A stretch of 61,436 nucleotides of DNA, filler included. It is 4 parts of 4 records of this genome, joined end to end, with 100 filler letters (N's around TTAATTAATTAA, not from the genome) between each part and the next. Parts side by side here need not be neighbours in the genome. Positions count along the whole stretch, not along the records: positions 35,903 to 53,217 come from SRR31156797_13000; 3 more parts are not named here. One strand, 5' to 3'. Positions 40,213 to 50,845 of this stretch are shown here, piece after piece. Numbering within the stretch: the stretch's first letter is position 1; every line of letters begins with the position of its first letter. The position numbers were made by a program, and so were the translations under genes. Under the pieces are notes generated by a model. That model was given only the letters and a program-made list of their open reading frames with translations, was not told the origin of the DNA and ran no database searches.

Positions 40213-42054
40213 ATGTTCATACCAACTACACAAGAAGAATTACAAAACCTAGGCTGGAGCCAACTTGATATTATCTTAGTTAGCGGAGATACGTATATAG
40301 ATTCTCCATATAGCGGTATGTCTATCATTGGTCAGCTTTTAATACAACAAGGTTACCATGTAGGGATCATCGCTCAACCTGATTATGAAAGTGATAAAGA
40401 TATCACAAGATTAGGTGCGCCACAGCTTTTTTGGGGAGTAAGTTCAGGTCTTGTAGATAGTATGGTAGCTAATTACACTGCATTGAAAAAGTTTCGAAAC
40501 TCCGATGACTTTACCCCTGGGGAGAAAAATACCAAACGACCTGATCGAGCTACTATCGTGTATAGTAACCTTATAAGAAGATATTTTAAAGATACCGCTC
40601 CAATTGTTTTAGGTGGGATTGAAGCGAGTCTTAGACGTGTGGCACATTATGATTTTTGGTCAAACAAAGTACGAGGATCAATCCTTTTTGATGCAAAAGC
40701 TGATTATCTTATCTATGGGATGGGTGAAAAAACAGTACTTGAACTAGCAAGTGCATTAAAAGAACAAAAAGATCCAAATGATATAAGAGGACTTTGTTAT
40801 ATTTCAAAAGAAAAAAATGAGAAGTATATAGAGCTTCCTACTTTAAAAGAGGCTCAAGATAAAAACGATAAAACAAAATTTATAGAGATGTTTCATCTTT
40901 TTTATGAAAATAATGACCCACTCACTTCAAAAGGTCTCATCCAAGAACACAATGGACGATATCTTATCCAAAACCCACCACAGTTTTATATGGATGAAAA
41001 AGAGATAGATAATGTGTATGATCTTGCCTTTGAAAGAGAAGTTCACCCATATTATGCAAAAGATGGAAGAGTAAAAGCGATGGAGACTATTCGCTTTTCG
41101 GTAACTACACACCATGGGTGTTATGGGGAGTGTAACTTTTGTGCGATCTCAGTGCATCAAGGAAGAACCATACGGAGTCGAAGTGAACGCTCTATTTTAG
41201 ATGAAGTAAAAGGTTTTACACAAAATCCAAAATTTAAAGGAACTATTAGTGATGTGGGTGGAGCTACCGCTAATATGTATGGATATGAATGTACTAAAAA
41301 ACTTGACAAGGGAGTTTGTGATGATAGAAGATGTACAGGCTTTCGTATGTTTAATCCAAACAATCGTAAAAAAGAGTGGGACAATTATAAGATCTGTCCA
41401 GTACTCAAACCGAACCACCAAAGAAATATCCAGCTTTTAAAAGATATAAGAGCAATTGATGGGGTCAAAAAAGTCTTTGTAAACTCAGGGATTCGATATG
41501 ATCTTATCAATGAAGATACACAACATGGGGAAGAGTATTTAAAAGAGATTGTAAGTCATCATGTAAGTGGGCAGATGAAGATAGCCCCAGAACATAGTGA
41601 AACAAAGGTGTTAAAATATATGGGAAAACCATCAAAAGATGTGTTGACAGATTTTAAAGCAAACTTTGAAAAACTCTCTCATAAAAGTGGGAAAAAACAG
41701 TTTCTGACCTATTATATGATCGCAGCCCATCCTGGGTGTAGTGAACAAGATATGAAAGATCTCAAAGAGTTTGCCAATAAAGATCTAAAGCTTAATCCTG
41801 AACAAGTACAAGTCTTCACCCCTACCCCATCTACTTATTCTACTTTGATGTATTATACTGAGCTTGATCCTTGGAGTATGGAAAAGATATACGTGGAAAA
41901 AGATCCACTGAAAAAACAGAAACAAAAAGATATAGTTACAGATAAACATACAAGTAAAACTTATAACTCAAAAGAGAACAAAAGTAATAAAAATAGAAAT
42001 TTTTCAGGAAAAAAGCGTTATAATAACAGTCACAAAAAATATGATTCAAGGTGA
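40213..42054 (+). CDS. ygiQ: YgiQ (UPF0313) radical SAM protein
   Basis: SGDTYIDSP, GGIEASLRR, CYGECNFC, QVQVFTPTP motifs. Confidence 0.92.
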   Translation: MFIPTTQEELQNLGWSQLDIILVSGDTYIDSPYSGMSIIGQLLIQQGYHVGIIAQPDYESDKDITRLGAPQLFWGVSSGLVDSMVANYTALKKFRNSDDFTPGEKNTKRPDRATIVYSNLIRRYFKDTAPIVLGGIEASLRRVAHYDFWSNKVRGSILFDAKADYLIYGMGEKTVLELASALKEQKDPNDIRGLCYISKEKNEKYIELPTLKEAQDKNDKTKFIEMFHLFYENNDPLTSKGLIQEHNGRYLIQNPPQFYMDEKEIDNVYDLAFEREVHPYYAKDGRVKAMETIRFSVTTHHGCYGECNFCAISVHQGRTIRSRSERSILDEVKGFTQNPKFKGTISDVGGATANMYGYECTKKLDKGVCDDRRCTGFRMFNPNNRKKEWDNYKICPVLKPNHQRNIQLLKDIRAIDGVKKVFVNSGIRYDLINEDTQHGEEYLKEIVSHHVSGQMKIAPEHSETKVLKYMGKPSKDVLTDFKANFEKLSHKSGKKQFLTYYMIAAHPGCSEQDMKDLKEFANKDLKLNPEQVQVFTPTPSTYSTLMYYTELDPWSMEKIYVEKDPLKKQKQKDIVTDKHTSKTYNSKENKSNKNRNFSGKKRYNNSHKKYDSR

Positions 42055-45000
42055 CATTATTGAAATTTAGATCTTTTTTACTATTGATTTTATTTACTCT
42101 TAGCACCTTTGCCAATGAAAACTTAGAAAAGATATCCTTACAGCTCCTTTGGAAACACCAATTTGAATTTGCTGGCTTTTATATGGCAAAAGAGAAAGGG
42201 TTTTACAAAGATGTTGGACTTGATGTTGAATTTAAAGAGTTTGATTTTGGTACAAATATTGTCTCTGATGTAGAAAAAGGGATCAGTACCTATGGTATTG
42301 GGTATCCAAATATTATTTTAGATAGATCAGAAGGTGCAAAGATCACTTTAATAAGTGCTATTTTACAATCTTCTCCTCATGTATTTATCTCACTAGAATC
42401 ATCAAATATCAATTCAATCAAAAACTTTAAAAATAAAAAAGTGATGATAGAAAGTGATGTAATTAGAACCGCTCCACTTTTAAGTCTTTTATATTCTCAA
42501 AATATTAAACTTGATGATATCCAAACTATACCGCCATCTTTTAATATGGATGATCTTATCAATGGAAAAGTAGATATCTATTCAGCTTTTATATCCAATG
42601 AAGTCTATAAACTCCAGCAAAAAAACATCCCTTATAAAGTATGGGATCCAAAAGATTATGGCTTTGATTTTTATAATGATATTTTATTTACTTCAAATAA
42701 AGAGATACAAAATAATCCAGCACGGGTAAAAAAGTTTCGAGAAGCGAGTCTGAAAGGTTGGGAATATGCTTTTAACAATCTAGAAGAAACCATAACACTT
42801 ATCTTAAACAAATACAATACCCAAAACAAAACAAAAGAAGCGTACCTTTATGAAGCAAAAGAGTTAAAAAAACTTGCTTTTTTAAATAACACTCCATTAG
42901 GAGATATTGATACTACAAAAATACAAAGAATAATAGATATTTATAACCTCATAGGACTAACTCATACACCTATAGATCTTGATTCTTTTATTTATGATCC
43001 AGATCAACAAAAAATATTATTAACTCCACAGGAGAAAGCTTTTTTAAAAAACAATCCAACTATTACAATTCACAATGAAAAACATTGGGCTCCTTTTAAC
43101 TTCAATGAAGAAAATACTCCAAAGGGGTACTCTACAGATTATATAAAACTATTAGCTCAAAAACTAGGACTTCGAACAAACTTTATTAGTGGTCCAACAT
43201 GGTCTGAGTTTTTAACTTTAATGAAACAAAAGAAAATAGACATAATGTTAAATATCGTTCATGATAAAGACAGAGAAGAATATATTGAGTTTACAAGACC
43301 ATATCTTAAACACACCAACTCACTCTTTACAAACTTAGACAATATCCACTCATTAGATGATCTAAAAAATAAATCAGTAGCGGTACCAAAAGATTTTTAT
43401 CTTGAAAGTTTTTTACAAAAAAACTATCCTGATATCACAATAGATACATATAAAAACATTCCTGAGTGTCTCTATGCTGTAATTGAAGGAAAAAGTGATG
43501 CAGTGATTGCCAATTTTGCTGTTGCTAATTATATTTTAAAAAAACATAACCTCTCTATAAAAAATATCAAACTCAATATTGATCAAAGATTGAATTTTGA
43601 TCTTAGACTTGGTGTTTCAAAACAAAAAGCGATCTTAAAAAATATTTTAGAAAAAGCTATGGATACAGTCACCCAAGAGGAACTTACGGCACTTTCTAAT
43701 AAATGGCTTGGTAGCCTTAATAACTCAGTGATCAACAATCTTAAACTCACTCCCTTAGAAAAAAAATATTTAGAAACAAAAAAACATATCACAATGTGTA
43801 TCGATCCAAATTGGATGCCTTTTGAAAAATTTGAAAAAAATAAACACATTGGAATCAGTGCAGATTATTTTAAAATCTTTCAAGAGTCTTTAGGGAAAAA
43901 AATAGAGGTGATCCCAACAAATACGTGGTCACAGTCTTTAAAATATGCACAACAAAGAAAATGTGATCTTCTCTCTTTAGCGATGGAAACACCAAAAAGA
44001 AAAGAGTATATGAACTTTACTTCCCCATATCTTAGTGTCCCTCTTGTTGTTGCGACCAATACAAAAGTAACTTTTATCAATGATGTAAAAGCTTTAAAAG
44101 GAAAAAAAGTAGGAATCCCTAAAGGATATGCCTTTGTTGAGATCTTTAAAGAAAAATATCCCTATATCAATATCATCGAAGTCCCTACTTTAAAAGAGGG
44201 ACTCCAACAGGTAAAAGAGGGAAAACTTTTTGGATATATTGGAACGCTTGCTTCTGTTGGATATATGTTTCAAACTGAGTTTACAGGGGAGCTTAAAATC
44301 GCAGGAAAGTTTGATGAACTTTGGGAGCTTGGGATTGGGGTAAGAAATGATGATATTATATTACTTGGGATCATGCAAAAGCTTGTGGATAGTCTTAATA
44401 CTGAGACAACACAAAACATCCTTAATAACTGGCTAGCAATCAAATATGAACAAAAAGTTGATTATAAGTTTTTATGGCAGATTTTAGCTATCGTTGCAGT
44501 GGTCTTATTTTTATTTATCTACCGACAATATATCCTTTTCCAATCTAATAAAAATCTTCAAGCAATAGTTGATGAAAAAACAAAAGAGCTAAAAGAGCTT
44601 AATAAAGATCTTGAACAAAAAGTAAAAGATTCAGTCGTTGAGATTAGGCAAAAAGATCAAATTCTTTATGAACAATCAAAAATGGCAGCTATGGGTGAGA
44701 TGATAGGAAATATATCTCATCAATGGAGACAGCCTTTAAGTATCATCAGTACAGCTGCTAGTGGAATCAAAATGAAACTAGAATTTGGACTATTTAAAAA
44801 AGAGGATGATGTCAAATCTCTTGATGCTATTACTGATGCAAGTATCTATCTATCACAAACGATTGATGACTTTAGAAACTTTTTAAAACCAAATCAAGAA
44901 AAAAAATATTTCAATGTAAAGGATATCATTGAAAAGCTCCTTTCTATGTTTGGAAGTAGTTTCCAAACCAATAATATAGAGATTATTTTAGAGACTCCTG

Positions 45001-45386
45001 ATTGTAAGATCCTAGGAAGTGAAAATGAACTGTTACAAGTGTTAATTAATATTCTAAATAACTCAAAAGATGCTTTTAAAGAAAAAGATATCAAAGAGAG
45101 TAAATTTATTTTTATCACTTTAAATATACTTCATGATCATATTGTGATCTCTATTAAAGACTCAGCTGGAGGGATCGATCCAAAAGTGATATCAAGTATT
45201 TTTGAACCGTACTTTACAACTAAACATAAAAGTGTGGGTACTGGAATTGGTCTGTATATGAGCTACCAGATCATTCGAAATAAATTTGATGGAAACATTC
45301 TAGCTTCTAATAAGACCTTTGAATATAATGAGCAGACATTAAAAGGAGCAGAGTTTGAGATAATATTACCTCTTACTCATACTTAA
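42051..45386 (+). CDS. Sensor histidine kinase with an NMT1/THI5-like domain and two family-3 substrate-binding domains
   Basis: WKHQFEFAGFYMA, WAPFNF and WMPFE domains, TM helix, SHQWRQPL H-box, GTGIGLYMS. Confidence 0.9.
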   Translation: MTLLKFRSFLLLILFTLSTFANENLEKISLQLLWKHQFEFAGFYMAKEKGFYKDVGLDVEFKEFDFGTNIVSDVEKGISTYGIGYPNIILDRSEGAKITLISAILQSSPHVFISLESSNINSIKNFKNKKVMIESDVIRTAPLLSLLYSQNIKLDDIQTIPPSFNMDDLINGKVDIYSAFISNEVYKLQQKNIPYKVWDPKDYGFDFYNDILFTSNKEIQNNPARVKKFREASLKGWEYAFNNLEETITLILNKYNTQNKTKEAYLYEAKELKKLAFLNNTPLGDIDTTKIQRIIDIYNLIGLTHTPIDLDSFIYDPDQQKILLTPQEKAFLKNNPTITIHNEKHWAPFNFNEENTPKGYSTDYIKLLAQKLGLRTNFISGPTWSEFLTLMKQKKIDIMLNIVHDKDREEYIEFTRPYLKHTNSLFTNLDNIHSLDDLKNKSVAVPKDFYLESFLQKNYPDITIDTYKNIPECLYAVIEGKSDAVIANFAVANYILKKHNLSIKNIKLNIDQRLNFDLRLGVSKQKAILKNILEKAMDTVTQEELTALSNKWLGSLNNSVINNLKLTPLEKKYLETKKHITMCIDPNWMPFEKFEKNKHIGISADYFKIFQESLGKKIEVIPTNTWSQSLKYAQQRKCDLLSLAMETPKRKEYMNFTSPYLSVPLVVATNTKVTFINDVKALKGKKVGIPKGYAFVEIFKEKYPYINIIEVPTLKEGLQQVKEGKLFGYIGTLASVGYMFQTEFTGELKIAGKFDELWELGIGVRNDDIILLGIMQKLVDSLNTETTQNILNNWLAIKYEQKVDYKFLWQILAIVAVVLFLFIYRQYILFQSNKNLQAIVDEKTKELKELNKDLEQKVKDSVVEIRQKDQILYEQSKMAAMGEMIGNISHQWRQPLSIISTAASGIKMKLEFGLFKKEDDVKSLDAITDASIYLSQTIDDFRNFLKPNQEKKYFNVKDIIEKLLSMFGSSFQTNNIEIILETPDCKILGSENELLQVLINILNNSKDAFKEKDIKESKFIFITLNILHDHIVISIKDSAGGIDPKVISSIFEPYFTTKHKSVGTGIGLYMSYQIIRNKFDGNILASNKTFEYNEQTLKGAEFEIILPLTHT

Positions 45387-46411
45387 TCCCAGATATTTAC
45401 GTCTTCACCTTTTGCTCTAATCTTATTGGCTCTTTGGGTAAGATATCTTTGAAACTCTTTTTCCTCTTTATACGCTCCACTTACCACATAATCAACAATT
45501 GATTGAAAGTGGAAAGTTTTAAACATCGCTTCTATACGAATCACTTCCCCTCCAAACTCATTGAAAAATATGATCGTAGGACTATTGGTAATGGAAAGCT
45601 CCTTTGCCCAATCTTTTATCTTGATAATGATCTTGCTTGGAGTGACAATGGATTTGTCTGAATCTAGATCTACTTGATAAAGATCAATCTTTTTTAAAAG
45701 CTCACGTGATAGTGAATCTTTTAAAAGTGTGTTATGTAAAGTTTTACACCCTTCACAATTTGCTGATTCAAAAAATACTGCAAATTCACCACTCCCTTTT
45801 TTTCTTATAAAATTACTTGTGTCTTTAAAAAGATCAGGTTCAGCTATAAGTGTCTCTTTTGATTGAAGCTCCATCTTTTGTACTAGATACTCTTTGTAAG
45901 ATATTTTATTTTCTTGTTTTGTTGACACATAATCCAATGCCACATTGAATTTTTGGGTATTTAAGTATCCATTTAGTCTTAATACTTGATTTGCTTGCTC
46001 ATCAAAAAAGAGTATGGTTGGAGTAAATTGTACATTATACTTTAAAGCAAACTCTTTTTCAGTATATACTTCTCCATCCACATCAGTCACTTCTTTACTT
46101 CCAAACATATTAATATCAACTATAGCAAAGTCTTTTAAGATCTTTTGCTTCGTTGTTTGATCCTCTAAGTTTTTAGTCACAAACCTATGACAATATGGAC
46201 AATTTGGCTGATGGATAAAGACTATAAGTCTTTTATTTTGAGTTGCTAATTCTGTTACATCCTCTTTAAGATCTAAAAAACTACTCATAAACCATGATGG
46301 CATTTTTACATCTTTAGCTCCTAAGAATTTCCCCTCTTTTACTTCTGCATTTAAAAAAGAAAAAGAGATTAAAATGATAAACAGAGTTATCAATAAACTT
46401 TTTGCTTTCAT
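45383..46411 (-). CDS. Exported tandem thioredoxin-fold protein (SoxW-like; likely ATG at 46411)
   Basis: Signal peptide, CPYC...FTPT and CEGC...NSPT domains. Confidence 0.8.
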   Translation of the reverse strand: MKAKSLLITLFIILISFSFLNAEVKEGKFLGAKDVKMPSWFMSSFLDLKEDVTELATQNKRLIVFIHQPNCPYCHRFVTKNLEDQTTKQKILKDFAIVDINMFGSKEVTDVDGEVYTEKEFALKYNVQFTPTILFFDEQANQVLRLNGYLNTQKFNVALDYVSTKQENKISYKEYLVQKMELQSKETLIAEPDLFKDTSNFIRKKGSGEFAVFFESANCEGCKTLHNTLLKDSLSRELLKKIDLYQVDLDSDKSIVTPSKIIIKIKDWAKELSITNSPTIIFFNEFGGEVIRIEAMFKTFHFQSIVDYVVSGAYKEEKEFQRYLTQRANKIRAKGEDVNIWD

Positions 46412-46575
46412 TGTTTTTTCCTCCCTCTTTACTCTTGCTTTACACATCTTAGAGCAATCGATCTTATAAGGAGAAAAATAAAAAAACTTAATAGAAAATT
46501 TAAAATTTCTCTTACCTTCATATAGGTAAAACTATGCTATAATGCGCCAATCTTAATGAAAATAGGAAATGATAA

Positions 46576-47493
46576 ATGTTATATACTTGTGGACACAAAA
46601 TTCCAGATAGTGATTCTATTGTTGGTGCCATTGCAATGGCTTATTTACAAAAAGAGCTTGGAAATGAGACAAAAGCTGTAAGACAAGGGGATATCAATCC
46701 TGAGTCGCAATATATATTAGATAAATTTTCGTTGCAAGCACCTGAGCTTAAAACATCTTTTGCAGGAGATGATCTTTTTATGGTTGATTATAACAACTAT
46801 ACAGAGGGTCCAGATGATCTTAAAGATGCAAATATTATAGGGATTGCAGATCACCATAAACTTGGAGGTCTTAGCACTTCAGCACCACTTGAAGCATGGA
46901 TCAGACCTGTTGGATGTTCAAACACTATTATTAAAGAGATGTTTGATTATTATGAAGTAGAGATCCCAAAAGATATCGCAGGAGCAATGATGTGTGCGAT
47001 ACTTTCTGATACAGTTATCTTCAAATCTCCAACATGTACTAAGATTGATACAAAAATCTGTAAAGAATTAGCTACAATAGCTGGTATTGAAGATTTTAAA
47101 TCAGTTGGTATGGAGATGTTCAAAGTAAAATCTGCTGTTGATGGAGTTCCAGCAAGAGAACTTGTAAAAAGAGATTTTAAAAACTTTGATATGTACGGAA
47201 AAAAAGTTGGAATCGGTCAACTTGAAGTAGTTGATCTTTCTATCTTTGATGAAAGAAAAGATGAGTTATTAGCTGATATCAAAGCTTTAAAAGAAGAAGA
47301 TGGTTGTGATACAGTTCTTTTACTTTTAACAGATATTATTGCTATGGGTTCTCAAATCCTTGTAGCCACAGATTCACTTGACGTGATCGAAAAAGCTTGG
47401 GATGTAAAAGTTGAAAATGATCAATTTTGGCTTCAAGGGTGTTTAAGTAGAAAAAAACAGATCGTACCATTCTTAGAACCAGCATTTAAATAA
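46576..47493 (+). CDS. ppaC: Mn-dependent inorganic pyrophosphatase (family II)
   Basis: GHKIPDSD, DHH, ILSDT, SRKKQ motifs. Confidence 0.95.
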   Translation: MLYTCGHKIPDSDSIVGAIAMAYLQKELGNETKAVRQGDINPESQYILDKFSLQAPELKTSFAGDDLFMVDYNNYTEGPDDLKDANIIGIADHHKLGGLSTSAPLEAWIRPVGCSNTIIKEMFDYYEVEIPKDIAGAMMCAILSDTVIFKSPTCTKIDTKICKELATIAGIEDFKSVGMEMFKVKSAVDGVPARELVKRDFKNFDMYGKKVGIGQLEVVDLSIFDERKDELLADIKALKEEDGCDTVLLLLTDIIAMGSQILVATDSLDVIEKAWDVKVENDQFWLQGCLSRKKQIVPFLEPAFK

Positions 47494-47504
47494 AAAGGGA
47501 TTGA

Positions 47505-48692
47505 ATGAAAGGGAAATATAAACAACTTTTTATCGATAAAGAGGCAGTTGCCACTCTTGCTATGGCAAGGGATGGACTTCTTAAACCTGTAACAAAACTG
47601 ATGAATAAAAAAGAATCAGATGAAGTGAATGAAACAGGAAGATATAAAGGGAGTTTATTTCCATTTTCATTTATTCTTGCACCCTCTGGAAAAAGAAATA
47701 GTGAAGTTCTCAAATCAGCTAAAAAAGGGGAAACTCTAGAGCTTATTTGTGATGGGAAACTCTCAGGTACAATTATTGTAGATGAGATCTTTGCTATTGA
47801 TAAAGAAAAAAGGGTTGAAAAGATCTATGGGACAAACTGTTCAGCTCATATTGGAGTAAAAGATACTTTAAAACGTCTTGGAGATTTAGCTGTTTGTGGT
47901 GAGTATACTGTTGAGTATACAAATATTCAAAAAAATATACAAAACACTAAAAGCACTATAGAAGAACTTGAAGCTAAAAACATCTCTGCAATTATCCTCT
48001 CTGGAAAACCATTCCATAGAGTCCATGAAAGATTAATTAGAACTGCTTTGGTAAAATGCGACCTTCTTATTATCTTTTTACAAAAACCATATCATGATGA
48101 TAGTGAACTTACCTATAGAGTAAGACACAAAACTCTACAATACTTTGTAGACAACTTTGTACCCAAAGATAGAGTTCTGCTTCTTCCTTTAGAAAATACC
48201 TATATCTTTGGTGGGATCAATGAACTTACTCTAAACGCAATTGTTTCTAAAAACTATGGAGCAACACGACTCCTAATAGGACAAAACCATGCGGGACTTG
48301 GAGCATATTGGGATCATAACAAACTTCTCTCAATCGTAGATACTTTAAAAGATATTGATATCACTATAGAGATCGTAAGTGAATTTGTATATTGTGATAA
48401 ATGCACTACCTTAGTAAGTACAAATGCCTGCCCTCACGGAAGTCATCACCATGTAAAATATCATAATGAATCTATTATGGAACTCTTTCGTTTAGGGATC
48501 ATCCCACCTGCTATTTTGATGAGAAAAGAGATCTCTTCTATTATTTTAAGTGAGCTCTACCCATCAAGAAAAGAGACTCTACAACGAATACACCAAAACC
48601 TCTCCACCTCATCAGGGGTAATCGATACTTTTGAGAGTGCAGATTTTTATGATGGATTGATGAATCTTTATCAAACTTCCTCTTTAACATAA
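47505..48692 (+). CDS. ATP sulfurylase-like protein (divergent)
   Basis: PUA-like N-domain, PFHRVHE, IGQNHAG, CDKC...CPHG zinc site. Confidence 0.75.
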   Translation: MKGKYKQLFIDKEAVATLAMARDGLLKPVTKLMNKKESDEVNETGRYKGSLFPFSFILAPSGKRNSEVLKSAKKGETLELICDGKLSGTIIVDEIFAIDKEKRVEKIYGTNCSAHIGVKDTLKRLGDLAVCGEYTVEYTNIQKNIQNTKSTIEELEAKNISAIILSGKPFHRVHERLIRTALVKCDLLIIFLQKPYHDDSELTYRVRHKTLQYFVDNFVPKDRVLLLPLENTYIFGGINELTLNAIVSKNYGATRLLIGQNHAGLGAYWDHNKLLSIVDTLKDIDITIEIVSEFVYCDKCTTLVSTNACPHGSHHHVKYHNESIMELFRLGIIPPAILMRKEISSIILSELYPSRKETLQRIHQNLSTSSGVIDTFESADFYDGLMNLYQTSSLT

Positions 48693-48699
48693 TACCCCT

Positions 48700-49938
48700 A
48701 TGTCGTCACTCCCTTTGTTTAGATCTAATAAACAAAGGGGTTTGTTTTTCCTAATAGCTTGTTTTATTTTTTCCCTGAATCTTTTTATAGAGTTTCATCA
48801 CTATCAAAAGATAACCAAAGACGAGGTATATAAAACCAATGCACTTATTAAAAATATCTACTATAAAGAAAAATACGATATTTTAAAACTCCAAACTGAT
48901 CACTTTACTTTTTTTACTTCCATTAAAAAAGATCAAAACTATACTAAACTTCAAAAGATAAATCTCTATTTTTTAACCACACAAATAAGTTTTCTTGAGT
49001 ACTTAAAAGGATTTTATACCCATAGTTTTCAAATCAAACCATACCCTGTGGAAACAACACTTAAAAACACTTTTTATGATTTTATAGATTCTCAACATTC
49101 TAATAAATCTATCGCTTCACTTTATAATGCACTCTTTCTTGCTGTCACTCCAGATGAACTCATCAGAACATTTACAGCAGAGTATGGAATAAGTCACCTT
49201 ATTGCTATCTCAGGCTTTCATCTTGGAGTGATGAGTATCGTCCTTTATTTTTTACTCTCTATTTTTTATAACCCTATCCATCAAAAATACTTTCCATATA
49301 GAAATAAAAGATTTGATATCTTAGTGCTTAGTAGCATTATACTCTTTAGTTATCTTGTATTTTTAGATTTTGTACCCTCTTTACTTCGGGCATTTACAAT
49401 GCTGCTTTTTGGACTTATTATGCTTAGAAGTAATATAAAGATACTCTCTTTTGAAACACTTTTATGGGTCGTGATAATTATACTAGCACTTTTTCCAAAG
49501 CTACTTTTTTCACTCTCACTTTGGTTTAGTGTAGCTGGAGTATTTTATATCTACTTATTTTTATACTATTTTAAAAACCTTAATAAATATCTCCAGCTGA
49601 TATTTTTTAACTTTTGGATCTATTTAGCGATGAATCCTATTGTTCACTACTTTTTTGCTACCACTTCTTATGAACAACTCATCTCACCAATACTCACTCT
49701 TCTTTTTACAATCTTTTATCCACTAGCACTTCTACTACATCTTTTAAGTCTGGGTGATCTATTTGATTCTTTTTTAGAATCTATTTTGAGTATTTCGATT
49801 GAGTCATTTGATAAGGCAACCCTATTGCCAATATTTATAGGATATATTGGAGTAAGCTTATTTTCGATCTATTCGAAAAAAGCTTTTTTTCTATTAAATG
49901 GAACTATTGTAGTTTTTACACTCTATCTTTTTATATAA
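48700..49938 (+). CDS. comEC: ComEC/Rec2 competence membrane protein
   Basis: GISHLIAISGFH, PSLLRA, multiple TM helices. Confidence 0.9.
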   Translation: MSSLPLFRSNKQRGLFFLIACFIFSLNLFIEFHHYQKITKDEVYKTNALIKNIYYKEKYDILKLQTDHFTFFTSIKKDQNYTKLQKINLYFLTTQISFLEYLKGFYTHSFQIKPYPVETTLKNTFYDFIDSQHSNKSIASLYNALFLAVTPDELIRTFTAEYGISHLIAISGFHLGVMSIVLYFLLSIFYNPIHQKYFPYRNKRFDILVLSSIILFSYLVFLDFVPSLLRAFTMLLFGLIMLRSNIKILSFETLLWVVIIILALFPKLLFSLSLWFSVAGVFYIYLFLYYFKNLNKYLQLIFFNFWIYLAMNPIVHYFFATTSYEQLISPILTLLFTIFYPLALLLHLLSLGDLFDSFLESILSISIESFDKATLLPIFIGYIGVSLFSIYSKKAFFLLNGTIVVFTLYLFI

Positions 49939-50680
49939 AAGAGTCTATATATTTATCAAGAGTATATTTCATATCCTCATCAAGATCAGCCATATTTGAT
50001 CGCATCCATTGAAGATACCCTATATCCTCTTTTGCTACTGCTGCTATCTCTTGCCCTTTATATTTTCCAAATCGAAATTTACTAATAAGAACTGGGGTTT
50101 GAGTAAGCTCCGCTAATTTTTCTAAAGGATCATAATCGGGATAGGTACTTGTACATTTTTTTACAAGCTCTCGTAAAAATAACTTCATCACTAAGACATC
50201 ACCTATAGCATCATGGGCTTTTATTGTGATCCCAAGACTCTCTGCCTCTTGTGCTTCTGTTTGATACAGATTTAGAGCATATCTTAGATATTGTAATCTA
50301 TGATATGGAAGCTCAGAATAAAGATGCTTGGCACATCTTAGAGTATCGATAGTAGTATAATGGTTTTCAAACCCCTCTTTTACAAGCATCCCCATATCAA
50401 AGTTTATATTATGAGCGATTAGATAATTACTAGGATCATTAAGCTCCAATAGTTTTTTATAAAACTGTGTCTCGATACAAAGCCCTTTATCCTCTATCAT
50501 ATTAGGAGTAATATTATGCACTTCCATTGCTTCAAGTTTTATATCAATATCTGGATTACAAAACTCATCATATACTTCTATATCACTTTTATTGTGGATA
50601 ACCATTCCGCCTACTTGAATGATTCTATCTTCAGCTGCATTTCCTGTTGTCTCTGTATCAAATAAAATATATTTCGCCAT
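49931..50680 (-). CDS. DEDDh 3'-5' exonuclease (ExoX-like)
   Basis: FDTETTG, AHNINFD, AHDAIGD, C-terminal FGKYKG. Confidence 0.9.
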   Translation of the reverse strand: MAKYILFDTETTGNAAEDRIIQVGGMVIHNKSDIEVYDEFCNPDIDIKLEAMEVHNITPNMIEDKGLCIETQFYKKLLELNDPSNYLIAHNINFDMGMLVKEGFENHYTTIDTLRCAKHLYSELPYHRLQYLRYALNLYQTEAQEAESLGITIKAHDAIGDVLVMKLFLRELVKKCTSTYPDYDPLEKLAELTQTPVLISKFRFGKYKGQEIAAVAKEDIGYLQWMRSNMADLDEDMKYTLDKYIDSFI

Positions 50681-50748
50681 TTTTTACTTCCTTATAATTT
50701 TGCTTTATCGTTTACTCAAATTTGTTAGAAAATTATAAGAGTAAAATT

Positions 50749-50797
50749 GCCTTCGCTATATAAATCAAAGATTTACATAAAGCTCAGTCGAGTCGGC
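50749..50797. repeat. REP-like palindromic element
   Basis: Minus strand: CTGAGC-TTTATGTAAATC-ttt-GATTTATATA-GCGAAG. Confidence 0.4.
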
Positions 50798-50798
50798 T

Positions 50799-50825
50799 AA
50801 AAAACCTGAAGCAGTTCAGGTTTTT
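50799..50825 (-). terminator. Terminator after dnaB
   Basis: AAAAACCTGAA-gcag-TTCAGGTTTTT. Confidence 0.8.
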
Positions 50826-50845
50826 CTTTACACCTTTGTCCCTTT

